Positions 24,538 through 33,638 of a stretch of 56,729 nt of DNA are shown in pieces. Each line of letters begins with the position of its first letter. Within the stretch, counting starts at the first letter, position 1. The stretch lies in the IMG/VR virus record IMGVR_UViG_3300031885_000016, positions 1-56,729 of that record. One strand, given 5' to 3'. The DNA is from a virus. Its lineage: Duplodnaviria; Caudoviricetes. Both the position numbers and the translations under genes were made by a program. The notes under the pieces were generated by a model. It ran no database searches, had not been told where the DNA came from, and saw only the letters and a list, made by a program, of their open reading frames with translations.

Positions 24538-25324
24538 AAAGTGCAAAAACATTACTAGAGATTTAGTGCAACCTAGTAATAAAAAGAAAAACACACTTTG
24601 GTTTCCTGGTGTGGATGCATTGGACGTTAAAACTGCATTTAAAAACAATTTGATTGATAATACTGGTCATCACATCCTTATTGAGAAAGATGAGCTTAAT
24701 GCCAAGAAGTTATTGGCTAATATTAAATCAATTCCAATTGATTTCACTTTGCATTTGGATTCGTTGTCTACATTAGGTTTGGAGAAAGATCTTGATTACG
24801 CTCATTTTGATTTTTGTGGTGGTTTAACTGCGGAGACAGCGACATGGCTATTTGATGATTTGCGTCTTAGTCATGGAGCGGAGGTTCATTTTACTTTTGC
24901 GTATGCTTTACGTGGCAGTAAATTTCTACATGGTTGTGACAATTTATTCAGTGGTCACAGTAGCTTTAGAGAATTAGAGCGTATTAATTATTGTGATGCG
25001 AATCGTGGCAACATGCGAATTGCATTTTATTGTTCGATGATTCGTTGCATGTTGAACAAATATGAATATGAATCTTTACAGCCTATTTGGTATAAAGATT
25101 CGGTGCAAAGCATGGTATTGTATCGTTGTCAAAACGTTCGAAAGATTAATCCTTTAGTCCATTTGGATTTTCGTTATTACCATATGGACACAACTTGGAA
25201 GAAAGGAGGACCACCAGTGAACGCAGCCAAAAAAGCTTGGAAAACTCGCAAAGCTAATGCATTGAAAGAAAAGCGTAGCAATGCGGCAAAGAAGGCATGG
25301 GAAACACGTCGAGCAAGCGTGTAA
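24524..25324 (+). CDS. Putative SAM-dependent methyltransferase-fold protein with duplicated basic C-terminal motif
   Basis: ILIEKD and DYAHFDFCG; NAAKKAW(K/E)TR x2. Confidence 0.5.
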   Translation: MYWDRKCKNITRDLVQPSNKKKNTLWFPGVDALDVKTAFKNNLIDNTGHHILIEKDELNAKKLLANIKSIPIDFTLHLDSLSTLGLEKDLDYAHFDFCGGLTAETATWLFDDLRLSHGAEVHFTFAYALRGSKFLHGCDNLFSGHSSFRELERINYCDANRGNMRIAFYCSMIRCMLNKYEYESLQPIWYKDSVQSMVLYRCQNVRKINPLVHLDFRYYHMDTTWKKGGPPVNAAKKAWKTRKANALKEKRSNAAKKAWETRRASV

Positions 25325-25326
25325 TT

Positions 25327-25373
25327 AAAAAAACGAGAAAACCACGAATTTACTTCGTGGTTTTCTCGTTTTT
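25327..25373. terminator. Bidirectional terminator between convergent genes
   Basis: AAAAACGAGAAAACCACGAA-loop-TTCGTGGTTTTCTCGTTTTT. Confidence 0.85.
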
Positions 25374-25626
25374 ACGTGGTGAACCAAATCCAAAAATCTG
25401 GAAGCCATGAAAATATATCAGCAATCCAATGAAAGCCATAGAAATACTCGCCCCAACCTTCTGTGCGAATGATTCTGATGCTGAGTAAAATAAAGGAAGC
25501 GATTCCGAAGAACCACCATTGTGGTACGAAAGAATGCCAATAGGCATCAGTAATGATGGTCCAGAGGAAAGATAGAACTAAGCCGAGAATGATGGCGATT
25601 AAAATACAGAGAAAGATCATATCCAA
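25372..25626 (-). CDS. Small membrane protein
   Basis: Hydrophobic helices; overlaps upstream gene. Confidence 0.6.
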   Translation of the reverse strand: MDMIFLCILIAIILGLVLSFLWTIITDAYWHSFVPQWWFFGIASFILLSIRIIRTEGWGEYFYGFHWIADIFSWLPDFWIWFTT

Positions 25627-25877
25627 TCCAATTCTTCTAGTGGAGGGCTTTCCTTTTGTATGGAAAGCATTTCAAGTTCATCTCTTCGTCCGCAGGGGGA
25701 GATAATTACTTGGGGGAAATGGTTCCGGCAGACTTCTAAAACATAATCATCTTCATCGAAGCGTCCTGCTTTATCAACGCTTTCATTGATATTAATGATG
25801 AAATTGTGACCGTTAACAACTTTGTAGCAGACCAGATAGGCATTATGTTCTGGTATTTTTACTTGGTATTGATTCAT
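25617..25877 (-). CDS. Hypothetical protein
   Basis: ORF in minus-strand operon with ATGA overlap. Confidence 0.65.
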   Translation of the reverse strand: MNQYQVKIPEHNAYLVCYKVVNGHNFIININESVDKAGRFDEDDYVLEVCRNHFPQVIISPCGRRDELEMLSIQKESPPLEELDWI

Positions 25878-26362
25878 TCATTTTCATTCATGATATGTGA
25901 AAGAATGGTTTTAGAATTAATTTTATATTTATCTTCTAAGGTTTTCAAGAGGGATTTGAATTTTAGGTTTTTCTTTTTGAGATCATTGTAGGCTATTTTG
26001 ACATTTGGGATGCTTAATAGTGTTGATTCGTTAATGTGGGATCTAAGGTGGAAGGAGCCTTGATAGCCGTCGCTGTCTGCGGTAATGGTATAGGGCGGGG
26101 AATCTACATCTAGATCGACTTCCCCGCCTAGTTTAACGTAGCAGGAGAGATGGATGGGGACACAGACATCTACGGTTTCGCACAATTCTTGATAAAGATC
26201 GTAGACTTCTTCTAGTTCTTGTGCGGTGATGGACTTTAAGATAGCCGTGGATTTGGCTTCTTCTAGATCGCTTAGTGATTCGATGATATCTAAGAGGGTA
26301 TCGGTGTGGAGTCCATTAGCGATATTCAGTATTTGATCGGTCAATATCTTGGCTTTTGACAT
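25874..26362 (-). CDS. Hypothetical protein
   Basis: 162-aa ORF. Confidence 0.75.
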   Translation of the reverse strand: MSKAKILTDQILNIANGLHTDTLLDIIESLSDLEEAKSTAILKSITAQELEEVYDLYQELCETVDVCVPIHLSCYVKLGGEVDLDVDSPPYTITADSDGYQGSFHLRSHINESTLLSIPNVKIAYNDLKKKNLKFKSLLKTLEDKYKINSKTILSHIMNENE

Positions 26363-26435
26363 AAATATGGGTTTTTACTGGTTGGAGCGAAGAAAGTATC
26401 GAATTTGATTGAATTTGGTGCCTTTAAGTGGCATT

Positions 26436-26972
26436 TTAATTAGGACGAAGGGGTGTTATTTGTGGTAGGGGTCCAGATTGGCTATTTAGTTCGAACATTT
26501 CCCAGATGGTATTTTTATCATTGAGTTCTTTAGCTTTATAGATCCAGGCGTTTCCCATGACGAGAACTGGAGGGATATTGCTAGAGATTTTGAATTCTAC
26601 AGTTTTTTCTGGTTCTAGTGGGATGAGGTCTACATTTTTATCGAGGCTGAAGATTTGGTTGATAACTTCCCAGGCTAGCAAGCATTTTTGTTTACCGAGA
26701 TAGCTGATGCGGTAGGTGTAGACGTAGTTATTTTCTTTTTCGTTATAGACGACGCTATGAAATATGGAGATAAGTTTATCATTGAGTTGAGTGGGCACGA
26801 AGTCTTCTTCTAATTCGGGGTTCCCCATGTAGGAGGTAACTTCCATATTGAGGGGGTAGTTTTGAACGGGTGGGATTTCGGTGGGTGGTTTAACTGAGAA
26901 GACTAGCCAGCCGATGAAGGCGGTCATAGCGATGGCACAGGCGGCGATGATTGAATTTTGTGTAGAACTCAT
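26436..26972 (-). CDS. Membrane-anchored hypothetical protein
   Basis: N-terminal TM helix. Confidence 0.75.
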   Translation of the reverse strand: MSSTQNSIIAACAIAMTAFIGWLVFSVKPPTEIPPVQNYPLNMEVTSYMGNPELEEDFVPTQLNDKLISIFHSVVYNEKENNYVYTYRISYLGKQKCLLAWEVINQIFSLDKNVDLIPLEPEKTVEFKISSNIPPVLVMGNAWIYKAKELNDKNTIWEMFELNSQSGPLPQITPLRPN

Positions 26973-27745
26973 TTGACCCCTTTTTGAATATCGTTTGATA
27001 GTTGTTTGAGTGTGAGGTAGATTTCTTCCCTTGAACGAACTGATCCTTTTTTGTTCAGGATGCGTTCACATTCCTGAAGATCTAATTGGATATTATCTCG
27101 GGCTTGTTGTTCGAATTTATCTTTAAATAAGGGAGTACGAAATATAAAACCTTTATCCATAAATTCGTCTAGGAATTTCAATCGCCCAATAGCAAATTCG
27201 GCATCAGTTAGGCTGGGGTATTCGGCTTGTATGGCGGCATTAGCGATTAGATGCATTTCACGATTATAGGCGAAGTTAGATACATCGAGATCTAATACGA
27301 GATCTGAGCTATTATGTTTGAGGATGGAGGTATGTTTAGCGGTATCTAGGATGATATCATAGGCATCCATATATTCTTCATGGGGGATATAATTTTTCAA
27401 CAAAGCGATCATGAATTCGCCGCTTTGTCGTTCATTAGTTGTTAGGGAGATGTCGTAGATGGCGTCATGAAACCAGATGGCTAATTGTTCATGTTTTTGC
27501 AAGTAGACGTTATTTTCTTCGGCGAAGTCGAAGGTGGCTAGGATATGGAGAAAGGTATGATAATGCAGTCGCATATTATTCATACGTCCGAGCAGGCATT
27601 CGGCGATGGCTCGGGAGGTTTCGGGATTGATTTGATAGGCCCGATGTAGAAAGCTAGCACAATTGTAGAGGAACCGGGCTTTTTCGGTATTTTTGAATTC
27701 TGGGGTAATTAGGTGAACGTCGTTGAATGCCATAATGGATTTCAT
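26969..27745 (-). CDS. HD-domain metal-dependent phosphohydrolase (COG4339-like)
   Basis: RLHYHTFLHI, AIWFHDAIYD, NERQS, VLDLD. Confidence 0.85.
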   Translation of the reverse strand: MKSIMAFNDVHLITPEFKNTEKARFLYNCASFLHRAYQINPETSRAIAECLLGRMNNMRLHYHTFLHILATFDFAEENNVYLQKHEQLAIWFHDAIYDISLTTNERQSGEFMIALLKNYIPHEEYMDAYDIILDTAKHTSILKHNSSDLVLDLDVSNFAYNREMHLIANAAIQAEYPSLTDAEFAIGRLKFLDEFMDKGFIFRTPLFKDKFEQQARDNIQLDLQECERILNKKGSVRSREEIYLTLKQLSNDIQKGVK

Positions 27746-27766
27746 AGGTTTCTCCTTATGGTTGAA

Positions 27767-28165
27767 TTATACCATGAAATTTGCATTTGTGAATTTGGAA
27801 TTGCCACAAATGCAGATGATTTTGCCACCTGCGATGAAGGCATGTTGGAGTTCATCGATATGACAGGTAAGGTTTTCCTCTAGAGAGGATTTAACTGAAT
27901 TAATGATGGCTAATTGATTGTGATGATTTTTGTTAGCATTTTGGGTTAATGAATAGTTTCCGATGGCATCTGATGCGACTTCTATTTCGGCATCATGTAT
28001 GAAGACTGGAAAGTTCTTTTTTGGGCTTTGGCATTTGGTGCAGATTAGTTGATTTAGGGTTGAATGTCCGTTGGCAGAGGTGCCGAGTGTTTTTAGGATA
28101 TCTTGCACGAGGTGTGTCAGGACATTTCTATTTTCTTCACAAATGGTACATCTGAGGACGCTCAT
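27767..28165 (-). CDS. Cys-rich hypothetical protein
   Basis: CTIC, CTKC, CICG. Confidence 0.7.
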   Translation of the reverse strand: MSVLRCTICEENRNVLTHLVQDILKTLGTSANGHSTLNQLICTKCQSPKKNFPVFIHDAEIEVASDAIGNYSLTQNANKNHHNQLAIINSVKSSLEENLTCHIDELQHAFIAGGKIICICGNSKFTNANFMV

Positions 28166-28166
28166 A

Positions 28167-28448
28167 TTATTCTCCGTAGGATTTGGTGTGTATATTTTCG
28201 TGTTTTTTGCCTTTTAGTTCATTTTCGGCTTCTTCCCAGAAATCGGTACAGGATCGATTAGAGGGTTGTGCTTGTTCCCATTTTTGGTGTGCTAGGACAC
28301 GGATTTCATCTTCTGTGGGTTCAGGAATTTTGAATTCAATTTGGATGAAGGGTGTGGTTTTTTTGGGTTGTTTGATTTTCTTTAGAGATTTCAAATATTT
28401 AAATTCTCGGAATACGTAGGCGACTTCATTAAGAAATTTTTTGAGCAT
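28167..28448 (-). CDS. DUF2934-like protein
   Basis: EDEIRVLAHQKWEQ...DFWEEAENEL. Confidence 0.7.
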   Translation of the reverse strand: MLKKFLNEVAYVFREFKYLKSLKKIKQPKKTTPFIQIEFKIPEPTEDEIRVLAHQKWEQAQPSNRSCTDFWEEAENELKGKKHENIHTKSYGE

Positions 28449-28460
28449 TGTTTGTCCTTT

Positions 28461-29519
28461 TTAGATAGCCCAGGTTAGAGTTTGTTTAGCACGGGAGGCG
28501 GCGGTATAGGCCCAGCGACGAAAGTCCCAGGCTTTACATTGTTGTTCGATGACGAGTACATTTTCGAATTCATCGCCTTGACATTTGTGGCAGGTGGCGG
28601 CGTAGCAGAAGTCGAAGGGCAGGGGGTCATCTCTGCCGAAGGATTGTTCTTGACGTTCTTTATTGAAGGCATCTGGATCGAAGAGGACATCGTAGGAGAT
28701 GCCATCAGCGAAGAAGGTCATTTTATTTTTTGGTTTACTGAAGAGGTGTTGGACGGTGCCTTGCATACCGTTGAAGAGCCCTAGTTTACGGTTATTTCTC
28801 AGGCACATGAGTTTTTCACCGACGACGGGCCAATGATCGGGATAACCGGCAGCTTTACGCACTTCCTTGTTAATATCGACACGGGAACGATTGAAACCGC
28901 AGATAATTTGATTAACTTTATTAAATACAGATTCGGCGTATCGTTTATCTATGAATTTAACTGCATCCCCGCCTTGAGTATAAGCGGCAGGACGATATCC
29001 TTTACGAATGAATTCAGCAAAGTAGGCGATAGGTCCAGCGTTACGATGAATTTGTTCTAGAGTATAATCAGGATTGGCCATCAAGTTAATATCTGACCCG
29101 ATAGGCTCAAGCTGACCGTGATCTCCTACAAAGATAATTGGTTTATTGAATGACAATAGATCTTGATAAATTTCTTTGTTAACCATCGAAGCTTCATCGC
29201 ATAAAATACCTTCAGCATCGAATTCTGGGTTAAGTATAAAGATGGGGCTGCCGTTTCTATCTTTTTTGATATTACCAGCACCATCCATTTCTGGTTTATA
29301 GATGAGCGAGTGAATGGTGCTGGATTCCAATCCTTTTTTTCTAAGGACGTTAGCAGCTTTTCCGGTATAAGCACAGACGGCCCAATTAGGCAGTAATTTG
29401 TCTAATTGTTTGATGACTGTGGTCTTACCTGTGCCTGCGAAACCACCGAGTGACTGGACAGGCTTTTTAAGCTGTGTTAATTCTTGAATAACGTATTTTT
29501 GTTCTGGTGTGAATTGCAT
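28461..29519 (-). CDS. SF1B helicase, RecD/Dda-like
   Basis: GFAGTGKTT, DEASMV, VGDHGQLEP, YAATCHKCQGDEF, YTAASRA. Confidence 0.92.
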   Translation of the reverse strand: MQFTPEQKYVIQELTQLKKPVQSLGGFAGTGKTTVIKQLDKLLPNWAVCAYTGKAANVLRKKGLESSTIHSLIYKPEMDGAGNIKKDRNGSPIFILNPEFDAEGILCDEASMVNKEIYQDLLSFNKPIIFVGDHGQLEPIGSDINLMANPDYTLEQIHRNAGPIAYFAEFIRKGYRPAAYTQGGDAVKFIDKRYAESVFNKVNQIICGFNRSRVDINKEVRKAAGYPDHWPVVGEKLMCLRNNRKLGLFNGMQGTVQHLFSKPKNKMTFFADGISYDVLFDPDAFNKERQEQSFGRDDPLPFDFCYAATCHKCQGDEFENVLVIEQQCKAWDFRRWAYTAASRAKQTLTWAI

Positions 29520-29914
29520 TATTTCTCAAATTTCTTCTTTAGTTTTTCGTATTGTGCTTTTTCTGCTGCCAGGGTTAGATCTTCTTGTTCTTTATCATAG
29601 ATCTTTTTAAGTTTTTCCCATTCTTCCATTTGTTCTTCGAAGATTATTAATGCAGCTTTATATCTAGCCAATTCATCATCATAATCTGGGTTAGGAATTG
29701 TGGTATGTTTATAGCAAATTAATTTTATAAATTCCATATCATATTCTTGAATGGCTTCTGCATAGACTGATTGAGTGCCTTCTGGAATATCGATTGAACA
29801 ATGACTGGAAAGCTCGACTTGCCCTATTTCATGATTTTGCAAACATGTTTTTTCTGGTTCTGTGGGTTTAGATGGTGGAATTGTTGGATGATACCATTTT
29901 GGCATTAAAGGCAT
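29519..29914 (-). CDS. Hypothetical protein
   Basis: C-terminal EKAQYEKLKKKFE. Confidence 0.75.
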   Translation of the reverse strand: MPLMPKWYHPTIPPSKPTEPEKTCLQNHEIGQVELSSHCSIDIPEGTQSVYAEAIQEYDMEFIKLICYKHTTIPNPDYDDELARYKAALIIFEEQMEEWEKLKKIYDKEQEDLTLAAEKAQYEKLKKKFEK

Positions 29915-29918
29915 TATT

Positions 29919-30530
29919 TTACTCCACAGTGATATCCATAGAAACTGTGACTTTGAAGCTTGGAATTCTTAAATGGTTCACGATATTGTGTTTTTTAGCT
30001 TCTTTGGCATCGAGATACCAATTAGCATGACCTTTACCATGAATAATATCTAGAAAATAATCTGGTTTATGGCCGCAGTTGGTGGCCATTAATCTAAAGA
30101 TTTGATTATGCAGTTTATCGGTTTGTTTGGCACTAGCTTTTAATTCTTCGTTTTTTCCACCATGCATGGAAGAAACATCATGAATCATGACAGTGGAATT
30201 AGGACCAGCAAATCTCAAACCTTCTGCCCCGCATGTCAGCAATACAGAGCCGCATGACATGGCTTTGCCCATACAAATAGTTGCGACTGGTAGTTTCGAG
30301 GCATTAATTTCATCGATCATTGAAATTAATGTATAAACTTGTCCGCCATAGGAATCGACTACAATGGGAATGATGGGTTGCCCAGTATTATGGGCACGAT
30401 TCATTTGTTCTGCGAATTCTTTTGCATCTTTTTCGTCGAATTCAGAGCAACGAATGACAATTGGCAATTCTAATAATTCTGCAACGGATTTATATTTAAT
30501 TTTGGAATCAATTTCGCAAATTCTCTTCAC
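29919..30530 (-). CDS. clpP: ClpP-family protease
   Basis: VDSYGGQV, GKAMSCGSVLL (catalytic Ser), TVMIHD (His), WYLDAKEA. Confidence 0.9.
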   Translation of the reverse strand: MKRICEIDSKIKYKSVAELLELPIVIRCSEFDEKDAKEFAEQMNRAHNTGQPIIPIVVDSYGGQVYTLISMIDEINASKLPVATICMGKAMSCGSVLLTCGAEGLRFAGPNSTVMIHDVSSMHGGKNEELKASAKQTDKLHNQIFRLMATNCGHKPDYFLDIIHGKGHANWYLDAKEAKKHNIVNHLRIPSFKVTVSMDITVE

Positions 30531-30614
30531 AATGTTTTCCTATGAGCAAATGGTGATAATTAATTAACGCAGGGAGATTTTGCCATAATTGCAATTTTAT
30601 TGCAATACAAATTT

Positions 30615-30962
30615 TTAAGATGGTTCTTTGATGCTGCCATCGATGAATTCGAAGACGGCAAAACGAAACCAATTATCTGGCAATCTGATATATTCAGCAG
30701 GATTTGGGATATTGTGAGTTGTGTCTAGATGATTGCCATCAAATACCAAATAATTATGCTGATTTGGTATTTGGGCGAAGAATTTAACTCGATTTGAGAG
30801 CAAAAGTTTGTTTTTTAATTCTTTATCTGGATAGGTTTCAAATTTCATATCGACTGTGGCGACATATCCTCCATCGAACAAAAACGGCGCTAGTTTGCCA
30901 TCATGTGTGGGTTTTAGGTGCGACATTTCCAAGTATGATTTGAAGTTTAGATTAATATCCAT
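30615..30962 (-). CDS. Hypothetical protein with N-terminal FKSYLE motif
   Basis: MDINLNFKSYLE. Confidence 0.75.
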   Translation of the reverse strand: MDINLNFKSYLEMSHLKPTHDGKLAPFLFDGGYVATVDMKFETYPDKELKNKLLLSNRVKFFAQIPNQHNYLVFDGNHLDTTHNIPNPAEYIRLPDNWFRFAVFEFIDGSIKEPS

Positions 30963-30969
30963 ATTCTAT

Positions 30970-31617
30970 TTAAACCAAATCAATTGGATTTTCCAAAACA
31001 AAATCTTGTTTCCAGGCATAAACATTTGGTTTTATGAAGCAATTAATCTTAAATGTGTTTCCTGACATGTTGAAATTAGCTTGACGGCTGGGGTCTTTTA
31101 CGATTTTGGCTTCTCCGTCTTCTGTATATGCGAAATTATCACCTGATTTGATTAATGCTAAAACTAGTTTTTTAGACTTATCAATAGTTTCTTGGACATT
31201 TCTAATTCTAATTACGCAACCATTATTGCTTGTAGAAATGAGATATTGTGCTTTGCATTTCATATCTTTTCCTGTAAATGCTGCATCTCCCATATCTTCG
31301 AATGTGCTGATTAGATTTCGGTGCCAGGGTTTTACGGCTTCCCAGAGGATATCATTACCGGAAGTGTTTTTTCTGGCTTTAATTTGAAAGGGGATTTTGG
31401 TTTCGCCGATGATCCAGCCATCTATTCCGTCGTATTTATCTTGTTCATCGGTAGCTGGTTCGATTTCCCAGTTTAATTCTGTGATTAATTTTTCACGAAT
31501 ATTGTTTTCGACAATTGCACCGGCTTTAATTCTGGATTTATAATCGGCGGTATCATCGAATGGTTGGTGTGGTGATCCTAAACCACCGAATTCTCCGAAA
31601 GTTGCGTTGTATGTCAC
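30970..31617 (-). CDS. Hypothetical protein, possible PD-(D/E)XK nuclease fold
   Basis: E...QDKYDGIDGW...FQIKAR. Confidence 0.5.
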   Translation of the reverse strand: MTYNATFGEFGGLGSPHQPFDDTADYKSRIKAGAIVENNIREKLITELNWEIEPATDEQDKYDGIDGWIIGETKIPFQIKARKNTSGNDILWEAVKPWHRNLISTFEDMGDAAFTGKDMKCKAQYLISTSNNGCVIRIRNVQETIDKSKKLVLALIKSGDNFAYTEDGEAKIVKDPSRQANFNMSGNTFKINCFIKPNVYAWKQDFVLENPIDLV

Positions 31618-31635
31618 ATTGTTCCTGGGGTTTGG

Positions 31636-31663
31636 TTCACAAACGAAATATCTGTGGTATAAT
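31636..31663 (+). promoter_or_regulatory. Sigma70-like promoter
   Basis: TTCACA-16 nt-TATAAT with extended TG. Confidence 0.55.
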
Positions 31664-31712
31664 ATTTAGATGGCCTGTTTCTAAAAATGGGCTGTAATTG
31701 AATAACTAAGAG

Positions 31713-32450
31713 ATGAAACTGAATTTTAGAAATTGGTTGGAAGAAACGATGTCAGGCTATAATCGGCTATGTGTATATGATTTCGACGGTACTTTGGCGA
31801 ATGTTCCAGAGAAGCCATCGGATTGGGCGGGTAAAGATTGGTGGGGTCATTCTGATTCTCTTTCTGAGCCGCATTATGATGGCGGTGTTAACCATGAAGT
31901 GGTTAATGCGATGAAGCGAGATAATGCTGATCCGCATTCTAGGGTCATTTTATTAACTGGTCGTCGTGGCGTCATTGCTCACAGCGTAAGAAATGTTCTT
32001 CGTAATCAGGGATTATATGGCAAAAGAGCCATTCCTGATAGCAACAAGAATGTTCAACAGCGATTCCAGGGCAATGTAGAGGCTGGTCATGATGTGATTC
32101 ATCCTGATGAACACAAAGGTCATGAGGAATTTTACAGTGGAGATCATTCTACGGAAGATGATTATCCAAAAACTCAGAAGGGCAAGGCGGATGGTTCAAC
32201 TTTAGCTCATAAGATTTATCGAGTTAATAAAGAAATGACGCCTGATGTTGAAGTTTTGGAGTTTTGGGATGATCGGGCTGACCACATTCCTCATTTTATT
32301 GAGTTGGGGCTTCAATTGTTGAAGCAATATGGTGTGGATCATGGTGGTAAGCTTCAGAAAGTGATTATGCATCGGGTTTATCCGCCTGCAATGCCGGGTG
32401 GTCAGGGTGTGGTTCAACACATTCCTATTAAACCTGGAATGTCTTATTAA
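31713..32450 (+). CDS. HAD-family phosphatase (RNA-repair/PNKP-phosphatase-like)
   Basis: VYDFDGTL, LLTGR, FWDDR. Confidence 0.8.
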   Translation: MKLNFRNWLEETMSGYNRLCVYDFDGTLANVPEKPSDWAGKDWWGHSDSLSEPHYDGGVNHEVVNAMKRDNADPHSRVILLTGRRGVIAHSVRNVLRNQGLYGKRAIPDSNKNVQQRFQGNVEAGHDVIHPDEHKGHEEFYSGDHSTEDDYPKTQKGKADGSTLAHKIYRVNKEMTPDVEVLEFWDDRADHIPHFIELGLQLLKQYGVDHGGKLQKVIMHRVYPPAMPGGQGVVQHIPIKPGMSY

Positions 32451-32511
32451 GTATAAATCCCCTATTATTAAAGCTAGATAAATTTAGCTTTGATTTTTTA
32501 GGGGATTTTTT

Positions 32512-32817
32512 ATGCGTAATTCTCGTTTTAGAGAGGCAGCTAGCTTTTTAAAGAAGCATGCCGGGATTGAACATCCAATATATATTCGCCGCACAAAAAT
32601 GACATCTAATCTAGATGGTCTTTGTCAATTTAAAGACGATCATTTCTTAATCAAAGTAAATCAATTACTTAACGAAGATCACTCTATTGATGTATTGCTG
32701 CATGAGGTCGGGCATGCTATGTCTTGGGATAAAGACAAAGATGTGCATGGACGTAATTGGGGAATAGCTTACAGCAAGATTTATCGTAAGTTTTTAGATG
32801 ATTTCTTAAATAGGTGA
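32512..32817 (+). CDS. HExxH zinc metalloprotease-like protein (SprT-like)
   Basis: VLLHEVGHA...HGRNW. Confidence 0.75.
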   Translation: MRNSRFREAASFLKKHAGIEHPIYIRRTKMTSNLDGLCQFKDDHFLIKVNQLLNEDHSIDVLLHEVGHAMSWDKDKDVHGRNWGIAYSKIYRKFLDDFLNR

Positions 32818-33638
32818 AAATGCAATATTTTGTCAGCATAGAAAACACAGCTTATCATCTCTGGCAAGCTGAATTATTAGTTGAGAGTTTTAAATATCAT
32901 AAGTTAGAAGATGATTTGTTGGTTGTTATTGCTGACAATCAAACTCCTACTTACACAGCGTATAAAAACAATCTAATAAATCACAAGAATAAGTTTGTTG
33001 TGCCTAATTTTGGCAAAGCATTCAATAAAATTCGTTCTGTGATGTGGGCTTTGGAAGAGGGTCATCTTAAAAAACCATTTGTTTTATTGCATCCAGATAT
33101 GGTTTTACAAAAACCGATTCCCCAAAAAAACAACAGCATTGTTTTCAATCAAGAAAACAATCAAGCTTTGAAGAAAAAGTTAGCTGGATATTTAAAAAAA
33201 TGTTTAATTGCTCAAGAGTCTGAGTGGTTTTTATGGATGCCACTGGGAAGTACGCTAATATTCAATGACGATGTGCCGGATATCTTTTTTACGCATGTTT
33301 GCGAAGAAATTTATCCTTTGATGAAAGAATTTGGACAAGATTGTAATTTAGAGTCGTTTGCTTGGGTAACTGCCATTTACAAACACATTCTATTTAAAAA
33401 TAAATTTAAGTTAACGGTGTGTGCTGATAATTTAGAGCAGACGATGATAGATCACAATACAACGAACAATATCATTCACTACAAGCATGGGATTCCACCA
33501 GCTTTTAGCAAACATCATTTCAGATATGAATCGCCAATTATGTTGAACACACAAAGTCCATTTGAATGTATTATTGAAAACAATGTTACATCTTCAACGA
33601 ATTTTGTGTGTAATTTAATTACTCATTATTTGGCTTAA
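32814..33638 (+). CDS. GT-A glycosyltransferase-like protein (HPAT/serine galactosyltransferase-like)
   Basis: WQAELLVESF, FNKIRSV, LLHPDMV, IIHY resemble motifs of that family. Confidence 0.5.
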   Translation: MKMQYFVSIENTAYHLWQAELLVESFKYHKLEDDLLVVIADNQTPTYTAYKNNLINHKNKFVVPNFGKAFNKIRSVMWALEEGHLKKPFVLLHPDMVLQKPIPQKNNSIVFNQENNQALKKKLAGYLKKCLIAQESEWFLWMPLGSTLIFNDDVPDIFFTHVCEEIYPLMKEFGQDCNLESFAWVTAIYKHILFKNKFKLTVCADNLEQTMIDHNTTNNIIHYKHGIPPAFSKHHFRYESPIMLNTQSPFECIIENNVTSSTNFVCNLITHYLA

